This document shows positions 1 to 9,714 of a DNA stretch of 64,000 bases, piece after piece (within the stretch, counting starts at the first letter, position 1; each line of letters begins with the position of its first letter). Under the pieces are notes generated by a model. The model had not been told where the DNA came from. It saw only the letters and a list, made by a program, of their open reading frames with translations, and ran no database searches. Origin of the DNA: Giardia intestinalis (lineage: Eukaryota). Made by a program: the position numbers and the translations under genes. The stretch is from the NCBI GenBank assembly GCA_000002435.2, contig CM018793.1; one strand, 5' to 3'.

Positions 1-1753
1 TCATGGAATTTATGGAGCGAAGGCGCTTGGAGAGACAGTCACTCATTTGGAACTTGCTGGGAGCTTCTCCAGAAGGACCACTACCTGCCGTTCCAGATAA
101 AGAGGCCGCTGAAACGGGGATAGGTCCACGGGACGTTTTGACATGCTTCATATACGGAGGCCGTATCGTACTAGGATCAGTGACGCCGGCTGCTTCCTGA
201 CGGCGAATGGGCTGTGCCCGCAACTGCCCTGGGTTAACTCCGTGCTGCACGATGTTGATATTCATCGGTGAGTCATCCACGTAGTAGTTGCAGGATATCC
301 CCTGCGCTGTAGGTTCATCGTCTAAGAAACCATTGAAGGTATCTGCAGAACCTGCTGGATTACCGCACCCAGGCACCTGGGCTATCCCTCCCTTTGTGTA
401 AAGAAATGCTTCATGATTGACTGGGCCACCAAGTGTCCCACCAGAGGTGGGCTCATGCTCAGCTCCAGCTAGGAAGTCCTGATAGTCACAATCTGTCTTT
501 GCTACAGCAATCTGTTCGGAGAGGATGGTCTGCTTCCTCGTGTCACCCGTCACATTACTACCAATCACATTGTCTACGGCCCCGACAATTCCCTGCAATG
601 CCCCCCGCAACGTGCCATCGTGATCAAGCGCCGTTGTTGCCTCATCTGTTAAAGCGTTGATCCCTCGCAAAAAGGCTTGCTTCATTTGGTCCTTTAAGCC
701 CTTCTCCTTGACAAGGTACTCATTACGCTCTGCCTGTAACAGCTCTATTTCCTGCTTGTACCGCTCACGCTCCTCCTTAAAGTAAAGCTCCCTTTCCTCC
801 CTGACTTTGGCTACAGCGTCGTGCGCATCCTCAAAGACACGCATATAACGCTTCTTATAGCATATAAGCCTCCAGTGTGTGAGTGCGTTACGAATCATCC
901 TTCCTCTACGGAGGTCATCCATCGTGCTGATTACGTGATTGTGACTGGCTTCAAGTCGTGCGTTACGTTTCCACCGGAGGAGTAGTCTGTGGAGCATGAG
1001 TGCATCCCTTTTCTCTTGCTTAAGATGGCTAATGAAGTCTGACATTCTCTCACAACACTCTGTTTTATGGACTTCGAGAGCCTTCAAGGCCTTGTGCTCC
1101 TGTTGAAGCTTTGCCAGTTCTTGTTCGGCATATGCCAATTTCTCTCGCAATATGGAGTTATCCTTAGAGAGAAGGGCTACCTCGTGCTCAACAGATTCGC
1201 TAACACCTTGAGCATAGGCATCTAAAACCATTCTTCTAAATGTGTGCATAGCGTCATCCAAGCCCATGATAAAGATGCCATTTTGGCTTGATGGTAGTGC
1301 ACCAGTTGATGCATGTTGTGTTCCATTAGAAAAAGAATGAGTCCCTGTGCCTGGCGGGGCTCCAGTAGAATGCCCGAGAGAAGTTGTTGTAATAAAAGAC
1401 TGTGACGGATGCTGCTGGCTTGCATAGCTAATGTTATGCTGGGTGGTAGATAGTGCGGCAGACAGTGGGACTGGTGGAAACGAAGCGCTATTTTGATTCC
1501 GTTTAGGCTCCACAACTTGAGCTAAATACGCGTCAGAATCAGGTAATCCACTACTATGCTCGTCATGTCTTTGCGATTTGCTCAGCTCCACGTCTGGCTC
1601 GGCCTGTGGGGCGGGATCTATCAAATCAAGTTGCTCGTGTTCCTGAAACGAAACGGTTGCATTTTTGGCACTTCTTGGCCGCCGACCACATTCGTGCTTG
1701 TAGGATGTCGATAAAGACTCTAGTATGGATGCATATGAAAGGTTAGTGCTCAT
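1..1753 (-). CDS. Hypothetical charged coiled-coil protein, partial (N-terminal >580 aa; the C-terminus lies beyond the window start)
   Basis: An ATG on the minus strand at 1751-1753 is preceded by AT-rich sequence. I hand-translated the downstream frame at 1475-1753 and 722-802 and found it open and protein-like (for example ...REERELYFKEEREHEAVQAEELLQAERN...). The ORF track does not list it because no stop falls inside the window. The listed 1222-1515 minus-strand ORF is in a different frame. Confidence 0.5.
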   Translation of the reverse strand, partial: MSTNLSYASILESLSTSYKHECGRRPRSAKNATVSFQEHEQLDLIDPAPQAEPDVELSKSQRHDEHSSGLPDSDAYLAQVVEPKRNQNSASFPPVPLSAALSTTQHNISYASQQHPSQSFITTTSLGHSTGAPPGTGTHSFSNGTQHASTGALPSSQNGIFIMGLDDAMHTFRRMVLDAYAQGVSESVEHEVALLSKDNSILREKLAYAEQELAKLQQEHKALKALEVHKTECCERMSDFISHLKQEKRDALMLHRLLLRWKRNARLEASHNHVISTMDDLRRGRMIRNALTHWRLICYKKRYMRVFEDAHDAVAKVREERELYFKEERERYKQEIELLQAERNEYLVKEKGLKDQMKQAFLRGINALTDEATTALDHDGTLRGALQGIVGAVDNVIGSNVTGDTRKQTILSEQIAVAKTDCDYQDFLAGAEHEPTSGGTLGGPVNHEAFLYTKGGIAQVPGCGNPAGSADTFNGFLDDEPTAQGISCNYYVDDSPMNINIVQHGVNPGQLRAQPIRRQEAAGVTDPSTIRPPYMKHVKTSRGPIPVSAASLSGTAGSGPSGEAPSKFQMSDCLSKRLRSINSM

Positions 1754-1807
1754 AAATCACCAATTGTAAAATTTCACACATAATATTTTTGGCGAAGCCC
1801 ACGATTA
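1754..1807. promoter_or_regulatory. Short AT-rich bidirectional initiator region shared by two divergent genes (ATGs at 1753 on the minus strand and 1808 on the plus strand)
   Basis: aaatcaccaattgtaaaatttcacacataatatttttggcgaagcccacgatta. Giardia promoters are typically under 70 bp and AT-rich, directly abutting the ATG. Confidence 0.5.
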
Positions 1808-2563
1808 ATGAGCTCCTCTAGGTCTACCTCATCGGCACGCCGCACCCCAGCACGAGCAGGGTCAACTGCCAGTCGCGCTACGTCACAGTCTACTCAGGGC
1901 ATATCCTCTTCAAATAGGGTAGCCAGCTCAGCAGCGCAAGATAGGCGCACAGTGTCTAATACTTCTCGAGCATCCTCCAGTACATCACGGTCAGCATCCA
2001 ACGCTGTCAGAAACAGGAGCCTGCCGAGCACAAATGTCGCGGACATGTTTCATGCGAAGTACGGTCGCCTGGACACAGAATCAGAGCTTGAAAAGCGCAT
2101 TATCAAACAGTTAGAGTCCGAGTTAATTAAGGTAAAGAAGCAGCATGAAAAATCAATTACTGAAGCAGCCAATTTACAGCGTTTATTGGACGAACGTGGA
2201 AGGGAACACGACAAGGCGGCAAAGAAGTTCCACAATCTTCGAAAGCAACTAGATGACCTTAATGATCAGCTTGCACAGACAAAAGACGAAAAAGTGCAAG
2301 TTGGAATGCTTGTAGAGCGACAGAAGGAGCAGACGCTGGCTGCCTCGGGAAACCTGAATCGGTACCACATAGCCGTTAAGGATCTTCAGAAAAAGGTCAA
2401 TGAGCTTCAGGAGCAGAGGAATCTTGCAGAGACTACAAATCTGGCCATGAAGCAGGAAATTAAGAAGCTCAATTCAGAGACAGCCTCTCTAGAACAGTCT
2501 AACGCAGCACTACAACGACAAATCGACAAACTGAGTGAGTTAATGTACCTAAAGTTTGAATAG
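1808..2563 (+). CDS. Hypothetical coiled-coil protein with a Ser/Arg-rich N-terminus (251 aa)
   Basis: There is a true ATG at 1808 with AT-rich sequence upstream, diverging from the minus-strand gene that starts at 1753. The C-terminal 170 aa show a heptad-like charged pattern (QLESELIKVKKQHEKS..., LQEQRNLAETTNLAMKQEIKKLNSE). Confidence 0.55.
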   Translation: MSSSRSTSSARRTPARAGSTASRATSQSTQGISSSNRVASSAAQDRRTVSNTSRASSSTSRSASNAVRNRSLPSTNVADMFHAKYGRLDTESELEKRIIKQLESELIKVKKQHEKSITEAANLQRLLDERGREHDKAAKKFHNLRKQLDDLNDQLAQTKDEKVQVGMLVERQKEQTLAASGNLNRYHIAVKDLQKKVNELQEQRNLAETTNLAMKQEIKKLNSETASLEQSNAALQRQIDKLSELMYLKFE

Positions 2564-2665
2564 TCTCCATCGTACAGTATCGTTCCTGTCTTTGGTGTCT
2601 TTAGTATCAGTAACTCACTATGATAGCTTCATAAATTTGTTTCTGGTTAATTAAATAAACCTCTG

Positions 2666-3493
2666 ATGGAGGACACTCACAACAGTGCTCCAGAGGTGGC
2701 TGCGGCGGATTTCAAGATTCTGTGGTTGCAGATCCTTGATTACAAGCCTGCTCCCCTCTACTTTTCCCTTCTTGACAACAGTGAGCGTGTGAATTTTTTC
2801 GTAACGGGGGTTCCTTACATCCTGACGCAGACGCATCTTAACCTTGTCTTTTCTTTCTTTGGGAGCGTGAAAGAGGTTATACTCCGAGACTTTGCTCTGA
2901 GAACGGCGCAGCCGCACTGGTCTGTCTGCGGTCCCCGCTTGCCACGGTATGCAGAAATCCGCTTTGACTCGTACCCAGACAAACTGACAGACTACACAGA
3001 AACAACTCTTTACTTTAATGGCAAGGACGTGAGTGATAAGAAGGACTCTGTCCCGCTGGAGTATAACTTTCTGTCACTTGTAGCCATGTATACACAAGCA
3101 TACGTTCGGGATACTTGTATGCCCGCAGATATCCTTGCAGAAGTGGCAGAGATATTTGTGAGAAAGTACGATGCATATTTGGGAGAAGCAGCGTCTGATC
3201 GCTCTCAGAAAGATGAGGATGGATGGAAGACGCTTAGACCTGACAGCAAATACTATAGGAACACCTATGTTTCGAAGAATAAGATATTAGGAATAGATGA
3301 GGAGTACACAGCTATGAAGCTTAAACAGATGAACCAAAAGATGGTGGAAAAGGGCTTCTATAAGTTTCAGCAAATAGAGAAAAAGCAGAGCGATTTGGAG
3401 AAGCTGAGACGCCGGCATGCGGCAGATAAGGAGGTTATAGAGAGGATGCGCTGCGCTGGCCGGCTCAATCCCTTCTTGCACAACATGAAATAG
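2666..3493 (+). CDS. Hypothetical protein (275 aa), with a possible RRM-like segment near the N-terminus
   Basis: The ATG at 2666 is preceded by ggttaattaaataaacctctg. The segment FFVTGVPYILTQTHLNLVFSFFGSVKEVIL loosely resembles RNP2/RNP1 spacing. The C-terminus is basic. Confidence 0.45.
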   Translation: MEDTHNSAPEVAAADFKILWLQILDYKPAPLYFSLLDNSERVNFFVTGVPYILTQTHLNLVFSFFGSVKEVILRDFALRTAQPHWSVCGPRLPRYAEIRFDSYPDKLTDYTETTLYFNGKDVSDKKDSVPLEYNFLSLVAMYTQAYVRDTCMPADILAEVAEIFVRKYDAYLGEAASDRSQKDEDGWKTLRPDSKYYRNTYVSKNKILGIDEEYTAMKLKQMNQKMVEKGFYKFQQIEKKQSDLEKLRRRHAADKEVIERMRCAGRLNPFLHNMK

Positions 3494-5437
3494 CTATTCC
3501 AGGACGTCTGTCGTTTTCCTGAGATAAGTGGCAACAACGCGGGCTGCCTTATTCAGCACGAAGCGCATTCTATCAATTGAAAAGTAGATCCGTCGTTGAT
3601 ATTTTGATATCGCCTCTATCCGTGTTGCACGGGGAAGCGCGGGCCTGTCATTAAAGTAGGGTACTGCCACATTAGCAATGGCATAGCTCTTAAGAGGTAA
3701 CGACGGAGCAATGATGGACACTTCCAAGAGCACATGTGTGGGTTTAAGAGCCACGTCAAAAGGCAGAATAAACTGAGCTGTTTGCAATAGGTTGCCACTA
3801 CGAGGAATAAAAATAGCATCTGGGTGTTTGTAAAGAACAAAGCATAAGGTCGCCCAGACGAAGTTCCGCTCCATGGGGGAAATCAGCAAGCCATCAGGTT
3901 CATAGAAAAAACACTTCGCTAGCCGCTCTCTTAGTGTGTGTATAGAAGATACATTTATAACAGTATTACCAATCAATAGCAAGGGCTCTACAATGTTACC
4001 GATATAGCGACAACTACTTTGACCGAGTGCAAGAGCATCGGGGCACACAAGCTTAATTACATTAGTCCCTGTTATAAAGGCCTTCATAGCGTGTGGGCTA
4101 AACATCAATGTGTGTAGTTGCATAGCGTTTGTATGTTTAATAGAAGGTGCTGTGCAATTCGAAAACATAGGAGCACAGACACTAGCACCATCCTCTACTT
4201 GGTTGTTGTAGGTATTTGTGGGGTCTTGACCTTTCTCTGGAACAACAGTGTCTTTGGATGGAAGATATGCGCAGCCCTCGCCAAACGGCTTCTGATCTTG
4301 ATGCATGCTCTGACGCAGACGAGATTGTGCTAGTATAGGGAACAGTGCTGAGGATGTTTGGTTGTAAAGGTCATTTGGAGCGCATGAAGAAGAGGTTGGC
4401 GCGGCAATAGGATCCCTGATTGCAGATACTACATATTCTGGCACAAGCCTTTCTCCACGGTGAGAGACCGATGCTGTGGAAGGTCGTATACCAGCTGTAA
4501 CTTTTGGTGCAGAACATTTTGTGGGCAAGGGAGTAAGTTTGTCATAGCTTCCAAGGAGGTAACTTTTGAGATACTGATCGGCAGAGAGGTGGCCGTCCTT
4601 CAATTCATGGCTCCTTTGCTGCAGAGCCATGAGGCATGCCTGAATGAGCTTTTCATTATCTTTAAGCTGTGTCTTCAGCAATTGATTCCGCGAGTCTACT
4701 TCATTGGAGGCTTTTGCAATAGTGCGTCTCAGAATGTCTCTATCTTTGTAAAGATTCTCCAACATTCCATGGAGATCTAAATCAGTTTTCGTATCTCGAA
4801 GCGTGGCGCACAGTGAAGCTGTTTCGGTCGTGCTACTAGTAGCAGCCAGGTCAGCAAGTGTGTTACATTTTGTAGCATTGGCTGATGAAGGCCGCACCAG
4901 GCGAGTACCTTGTGTCCTTTGGCGCTGAGATTGCTCCATCTGCAGTTGCTTGAGCCGGTTATCAAACTCTCCGGCAAAAATGGGATTAGTATTGCTATGA
5001 GACGAGGCAGATGCTTCAGGGCTTGCAGAAGACTTGCTACAGCTGCTTTTCTGAGACTCTCTCCGGTGCCTTGAAGATGTAAGGGGAGACACCTGTCCAC
5101 CGGTACAGCCACGATCAAGAGGGTCAGAGTGATCGCTATCGTCCAGAATGCGCTGTTGTATCCGATATACTTGCGAGGCCAAGGACTCAGCCCGCCGCTT
5201 ACTCCGCAGTTCTGAGATAGAGAAGCTTTTTAGGACATCGTCACTAAGCTGGGCAAGAAAGTCATCCTGCAGCAGCCTGGTCTGGAACTCTGCCACTGCA
5301 GATAGCTGGTCAGCTTGTGGGGGCGGACTTTCGTGGGTTGGAGCTGCAAGGTAGGGCTTTACGTCAAGGATGGTTGCGTCTCGCAGTCGACGGGTGCACG
5401 TCCGCAGGCGCTCGTCGCGAGGGCGGGGGTCCAGCAT
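3494..5437 (-). CDS. Hypothetical coiled-coil protein (about 647 aa)
   Basis: This is a long minus-strand ORF. The track start at 5446 is a TTG. The first in-frame ATG is at 5435-5437 (MLDPRPRDERL...). The middle region has a coiled-coil-like composition. Confidence 0.5.
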   Translation of the reverse strand: MLDPRPRDERLRTCTRRLRDATILDVKPYLAAPTHESPPPQADQLSAVAEFQTRLLQDDFLAQLSDDVLKSFSISELRSKRRAESLASQVYRIQQRILDDSDHSDPLDRGCTGGQVSPLTSSRHRRESQKSSCSKSSASPEASASSHSNTNPIFAGEFDNRLKQLQMEQSQRQRTQGTRLVRPSSANATKCNTLADLAATSSTTETASLCATLRDTKTDLDLHGMLENLYKDRDILRRTIAKASNEVDSRNQLLKTQLKDNEKLIQACLMALQQRSHELKDGHLSADQYLKSYLLGSYDKLTPLPTKCSAPKVTAGIRPSTASVSHRGERLVPEYVVSAIRDPIAAPTSSSCAPNDLYNQTSSALFPILAQSRLRQSMHQDQKPFGEGCAYLPSKDTVVPEKGQDPTNTYNNQVEDGASVCAPMFSNCTAPSIKHTNAMQLHTLMFSPHAMKAFITGTNVIKLVCPDALALGQSSCRYIGNIVEPLLLIGNTVINVSSIHTLRERLAKCFFYEPDGLLISPMERNFVWATLCFVLYKHPDAIFIPRSGNLLQTAQFILPFDVALKPTHVLLEVSIIAPSLPLKSYAIANVAVPYFNDRPALPRATRIEAISKYQRRIYFSIDRMRFVLNKAARVVATYLRKTTDVLE

Positions 5438-5501
5438 ACACAGCAACTTTGCTTTTCAAAGAGAGCTAGAGAGTCTATCCATTCTGCTTCCGGGCAAGCG
5501 T

Positions 5502-5583
5502 GACAGTTTGGCCGAGTGGTTAAGGCGATTGACTAGAAATCAATTGTGCTCCGCACGCATGGGTTCGAATCCCATAGCTGTCG
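5502..5583 (+). tRNA. tRNA-Ser (anticodon AGA), class II with a long variable arm
   Basis: I folded it by hand. Acceptor stem GACAGTT/AGCTGTC with one G-U pair. D-arm GCC-GAGTGGTTAA-GGC. Anticodon stem ATTGA/TCAAT with loop CTAGAAA, so U33-AGA-A37. Variable arm of 14 nt, GTGC-TCC-GCAC. T-arm ATGGG-TTCGAAT-CCCAT. Discriminator G. Confidence 0.85.
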
Positions 5584-5605
5584 CTTTCGCCCCCAAAGAA
5601 AAAAG

Positions 5606-7693
5606 ATGCCCGACTTCGTCACCGAGCGCCTCGCCAAGTTCAACGCCCTGCGTGAGAGGCACGCCGCCTCGCAGCCCACCGGGGGCCCTTTCACTGTCAC
5701 GCTGCCCGATGGAAAGACCACCGAGATCCCCGCAAGCTTTACAGCCCTCGACGTGGCCAAACAAGTCGTCAAAAACAAGAAGGTCTACTCCAAGTTTCTG
5801 GCCGCCGTTAGGGACGACGAGGTCATTGACATGTCTGCAAGATTAGGGAAGACCTGCAAGCTCGAGTTCCTCACCTTTGACGACCCTCGGGCAAGAGAAG
5901 TTTTCTGGCACTCCTCTGCGCATCTTCTGGGCTATGCACTTGAAAAGACATTCCAGGCCCACCTAGGTCATGGCCCGGCTATCGACTCCGGCTTCTTCTA
6001 TGACGCCTTTTTCGAGAACTCTCTGAAGATGGAGCCCGAGAGTCTCCTGCAGCTCGACAAGGCAGCTGCAGAAATCGTGAAGCAGGCCGCAGCAGCACCT
6101 GGCGATTCTCCTGTCCGCCGCTTCACACGTCTCGAGGTGACCAAGCAAGAGGCTCTCGATCTCTTTAGCTATTCGAAACTGAAGTCAGAGCTTATATCGG
6201 ATCACGTGCAAGATGGAGAGATGTGCAGTGTGTACCAGTGCGGGGATTTTGTCGACTTCTGCCGCGGCCCACATATTCCTGACTTGGGTCTTATCCAAGC
6301 CTTCAAGTGCATGTACTCCTCTGCTGCCTACTTCAAGGGCGATCAGAACCGCGAGTCTATGCAGCGCGTTTATGCGGTTGCCTTCCCCAGCAAAGACCAA
6401 CTAGATAAGCACATTGAACTTCTCGAGGAGGCAAAGAGACGAGATCATAGAAATCTAGCCAAGGAAATGGATCTTTTCATGACGCACAAGTATGCTCCGG
6501 GCGCGCCAATGTTCATGAACAATGGCACACGGATCTACCGCAAGCTCGAAGCTTTTATTCGCGAGCTCCTCCATGAGTTTGATTATGAAGAGGTCATGAC
6601 ACCGACGTTTCTCAACACTGATCTTTGGGGTATCTCTGGGCACCTGCAGCATTATAAGGAGAACATGTTCTTGTTAGAACGCAAGGAGAAAACCGATCCC
6701 CAATACGGTCTGAAACCCATGAACTGTCCGTGTCACTGTCTCCTCTATAAGAACCAGCACCACTCAGTACAAGAGCTTCCGATACGGATGGCAGAGTTTG
6801 GAGTTGTGCACCGCAATGAGCTTTCCGGTGCCCTCTCTGGCCTGACTCGTGTAGTGCGTTTTGAGCAAGATGATGCACACATTTTCTGCACCGTTGATCA
6901 AATAGAGCAGGAAATGACTGGCTTGATCGAATTTATCAAACGCGTTTATACACCCTTCGGGATTGACTTTGCTCTATCCTTATCTCTGAGACCAGAGAAA
7001 AAGATGGGCTCCGATGAGCTCTGGGATCGTGCAGAGGGCACCCTTCGCAAAGTCTTGACGAACACCGGCCTCGATTTTAAGGAAAATCCCGGGGATGGAG
7101 CGTTTTACGGCCCGAAGATTGATGTCCATCTAACAGATGCCTTAGGAAGACAGCATCAGTGCGGTACCATTCAGCTTGACTTCAACCTCCCCAGTAAGGA
7201 TAGGTTCGACCTGCTTTACAGTGTTTATGACGAAAAGACAGGCAGCGTGAAGCAGGAGCACCCAGTGATGATTCATAGGGCTATCCTTGGATCCGTTGAG
7301 CGCTTCATGGCCATCCTTATTGAAAACACGGGAGGCCGCTTTCCCTTTTGGATCAGCCCTCGTCAAATTGTGGTCATTCCTCTCCATGGCGAAGATATCG
7401 TTGCATACGCCAAGACCGTCCGCGAGCGATACCATTCAAAGGGCTATTTTGTAGATCTCGATATATCTTCCGAAAAGATGGAGAAGAAAATAGCTGTTGC
7501 ATGGAACAAGAAGTACAACTTCATTATGGTTGTGGGAGCTCAGGAGAAAGGAACCTGCAGTGTAGCTCTTAGTGGCCGCACGCTTAGCGCTTACATCGGT
7601 GAAAAGGACAACCAGCGAGCACGCAAAGTCCTTACCCTAGAGGAAACGGACGCCCTGCTGGCAGAGCTGTCGAGTGGCCGCGCGAACATGTGA
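5606..7693 (+). CDS. Threonyl-tRNA synthetase (threonine--tRNA ligase), class II
   Basis: TGS-like N-terminus (FTVTLPDGKTTEIPASFTALDVAK). Class II core motifs (HRNLAKEMDLF..., FGVVHRNELSGALSGLTRVVRFEQDDAHIF). C-terminal anticodon-binding domain. The track start at 5546 is a GTG lying inside the tRNA. The true ATG is at 5606, preceded by cccaaagaaaaaag. Confidence 0.88.
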   Translation: MPDFVTERLAKFNALRERHAASQPTGGPFTVTLPDGKTTEIPASFTALDVAKQVVKNKKVYSKFLAAVRDDEVIDMSARLGKTCKLEFLTFDDPRAREVFWHSSAHLLGYALEKTFQAHLGHGPAIDSGFFYDAFFENSLKMEPESLLQLDKAAAEIVKQAAAAPGDSPVRRFTRLEVTKQEALDLFSYSKLKSELISDHVQDGEMCSVYQCGDFVDFCRGPHIPDLGLIQAFKCMYSSAAYFKGDQNRESMQRVYAVAFPSKDQLDKHIELLEEAKRRDHRNLAKEMDLFMTHKYAPGAPMFMNNGTRIYRKLEAFIRELLHEFDYEEVMTPTFLNTDLWGISGHLQHYKENMFLLERKEKTDPQYGLKPMNCPCHCLLYKNQHHSVQELPIRMAEFGVVHRNELSGALSGLTRVVRFEQDDAHIFCTVDQIEQEMTGLIEFIKRVYTPFGIDFALSLSLRPEKKMGSDELWDRAEGTLRKVLTNTGLDFKENPGDGAFYGPKIDVHLTDALGRQHQCGTIQLDFNLPSKDRFDLLYSVYDEKTGSVKQEHPVMIHRAILGSVERFMAILIENTGGRFPFWISPRQIVVIPLHGEDIVAYAKTVRERYHSKGYFVDLDISSEKMEKKIAVAWNKKYNFIMVVGAQEKGTCSVALSGRTLSAYIGEKDNQRARKVLTLEETDALLAELSSGRANM

Positions 7694-7707
7694 CGGTGGC
7701 GAACATT

Positions 7708-7714
7708 AGTAAAT
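7708..7714 (+). promoter_or_regulatory. AGTAAAT polyadenylation-signal-like motif 15 nt after the ThrRS stop
   Basis: The sequence is tga cggtggcgaacatt AGTAAAT. It resembles the diplomonad AGTRAAY signal. Confidence 0.5.
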
Positions 7715-7748
7715 TGAAGAGTGACACGCGGCCATTCACTAAAGTAGA

Positions 7749-8672
7749 TCATTTAGCAAGCTTCCAGAACATGAGGCATGCATCGCGGAAGTTAACCTTG
7801 TTGGCCTCCTTGCTCTGGAATCTGCTGAGGATGTCGTCGCGCATAACGCCCCAGCACGCGTAGTGGACCCAGGCGAACTTGTGAAGATCATGGAAGAGCC
7901 CGGTGATGCGGGCAGCCTGCTCGTAGGCCATATCATCGTTCTGCGTCTCTACTGCGCTGTGGAACGCGTAGGCGACAGCACGAGCAGGGGCCAAATTGTA
8001 GTAGTGTGCAATGCACAAACCTCTAGCATTCTCCTTGTCGGCATACCTTGTCTCAATTGCCTCTTGGACGCTCTTGCCCGTAAGGACCTCAAACCTGTGG
8101 TTAATCTCCTTGTACTCGTCGGCGGTGCTCGTGATAATCAGACGCACGACGGCCTCGTGGTCGGGCTCGTCTGCATCTATGAGGTTGTGCTTTAGAACCT
8201 CGGCATCGCTGGCCACCGATCCGCGGGGGGTACGGTTCTCTCTGATGGCAAGGTGGCAGAGGTAGCTCGCAGCAGAGGTGAGGGGTATCTGGTCCACGAA
8301 GTCTTGAAGGAGGTCATTTCCGGTCTTCTCTTTGTAGGCCTGGGCCAGCTTGAGGCGCTCATCGGGCGTGGCAATAAGAACGACGTCGTGGATAGCACGG
8401 AAGTCGTTAACATTCTTCATGGCCTTCTTGATAACGTTCACACGAGCGCTGATGTTGCAGTCCCAACCGAGAGCCATAACATCCTCGTATGGGCCATTCT
8501 TGATGCACTTCTTGAGGAAAGCAATGAACTCCAGCCCGGTGGTATCCTGGAACTGCGTGCGAAGCTCCTTGCGCTCCTCTGCGCTCCACCTTGACGTGAA
8601 AGTCACGAGCTCCTCCTCGTTTTTGGCTTCCAAGATGGCCTTGACCTCAGGGATAGCGTCTCCGTAGGACAT
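7749..8672 (-). CDS. Alpha-giardin (annexin-like cytoskeletal protein), 307 aa
   Basis: Four annexin-like repeats. The C-terminus resembles the alpha-giardin family end. The first true ATG is at 8670-8672 (MSYGDAIPEVKAILEAK...), preceded by an A/T-rich initiator region. The track start at 8699 is not at an ATG. Confidence 0.75.
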   Translation of the reverse strand: MSYGDAIPEVKAILEAKNEEELVTFTSRWSAEERKELRTQFQDTTGLEFIAFLKKCIKNGPYEDVMALGWDCNISARVNVIKKAMKNVNDFRAIHDVVLIATPDERLKLAQAYKEKTGNDLLQDFVDQIPLTSAASYLCHLAIRENRTPRGSVASDAEVLKHNLIDADEPDHEAVVRLIITSTADEYKEINHRFEVLTGKSVQEAIETRYADKENARGLCIAHYYNLAPARAVAYAFHSAVETQNDDMAYEQAARITGLFHDLHKFAWVHYACWGVMRDDILSRFQSKEANKVNFRDACLMFWKLAK

Positions 8673-8716
8673 TATTTTAAAACAGTCACACCTTTTCAAA
8701 TGCTTTTGAATTCAAA

Positions 8717-9628
8717 TTATGGGCACAGGGAAGGGATGCCCCACAAAGTAGCGCATGCGCGCGCAACTGGCTCGCGGAATACACGTCTTATATCGCTTCC
8801 AATGTCTCCATACCTTTTGTAGTGTTCTCCTATATCCTTCACTCTATCATAGCAGAAGGCTGTAACACGTATGAGTCTATCGTGGTCTCCATAGTCTGCA
8901 ACAGCCCTGTATATCAAGAGAGCAGCCGCCTCGGCCTGGCCTAGCAATGCTTGAGATGCTAGCTGGCAAGCAACAAGATCGTGCCGCCTGAGGGTGTTGC
9001 TAAGAACCGACATGAGGGTGTCTCCAGCCTGGCGCTCGAACGCATTCAAAGTAAATTGCCAGGTGCTGGGGTCTGCGGTCCCTATTATGAAGGCTATTGC
9101 ATCTATATCCTTCGTCCGAAGAGCAACAAGGAGCTTGTTAGCGTCAGCTTCAGGGTCAGTGCTCCGCAGCTTCTGTGACTCTATCCACAGGAGGCAAAGT
9201 TTCGCCCAGAGGGACGGAAGCTTCGAAAGAACTATGTTGAGCGTGGCTGGGAGCTGAGTCTTGTAGGTGGTACTGTACTCCTTGCAGATTGTATGCCATT
9301 CATTATTCCCCGCAGAATCACTTACTGTAGGCGATAGAATAATGGTATCGATCAAGGAGGGCGGATTAATGTTATCTACGATACCCGCATGAATGGTGCG
9401 GACTCGTGCCGCGGTGTTCATGCTCCACACTAGGGTCATAAGGAGCTGGATATGTCCCCTGGGCAGATAGAAAACGATAGAATCAGCTAGAGAACGGTTG
9501 TGAATAGAAAGGTAAGTGGCGGATAAATCCTTTTTGTCTTGTGCAAGCTTGCTTAGTTGCACAAGCTCTTGCTCATCCTGCGTCGTGAGACATCTGTGCA
9601 ATTCGGTGCATAAAGAGATGTGGTCCAT
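8717..9628 (-). CDS. Alpha-giardin paralog (annexin-like), about 303 aa
   Basis: Annexin-like repeats (ADANKLLVALRTKDIDAIAFIIGTADPSTWQFTLNAFERQAGDTL). C-terminus YKRYGDIGSDIRRVFREPVARACATLWG matches the alpha-giardin C-terminal motif. ATG at 9626-9628 (MDHISLCTELH...). Confidence 0.7.
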   Translation of the reverse strand: MDHISLCTELHRCLTTQDEQELVQLSKLAQDKKDLSATYLSIHNRSLADSIVFYLPRGHIQLLMTLVWSMNTAARVRTIHAGIVDNINPPSLIDTIILSPTVSDSAGNNEWHTICKEYSTTYKTQLPATLNIVLSKLPSLWAKLCLLWIESQKLRSTDPEADANKLLVALRTKDIDAIAFIIGTADPSTWQFTLNAFERQAGDTLMSVLSNTLRRHDLVACQLASQALLGQAEAAALLIYRAVADYGDHDRLIRVTAFCYDRVKDIGEHYKRYGDIGSDIRRVFREPVARACATLWGIPSLCP

Positions 9629-9714
9629 AGAGTTTTTTGCTTGACTGGAGACTGTGACTTCCCACACATTTACTGACTGCTGACTACTTTTACTAGATTA
9701 CTAAGTTTACTAAG

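Noticed and set aside
3-200. A 65-aa plus-strand ORF at the window start, and the 97-aa minus-strand ORF at 1222-1515
   Set aside because: Both lie inside, and out of frame with, a much longer minus-strand reading frame (1-1753). That frame is open throughout and ends at an ATG with an AT-rich initiator.
5546-5605. The track's ThrRS start at 5546 (MLRTHGFESHSC...)
   Set aside because: Codon 1 there is GTG and lies inside the tRNA-Ser gene (T-arm). The first true ATG with an A-rich leader is at 5606. More generally the ORF track uses GTG/TTG as starts, so I re-derived the starts from ATGs.
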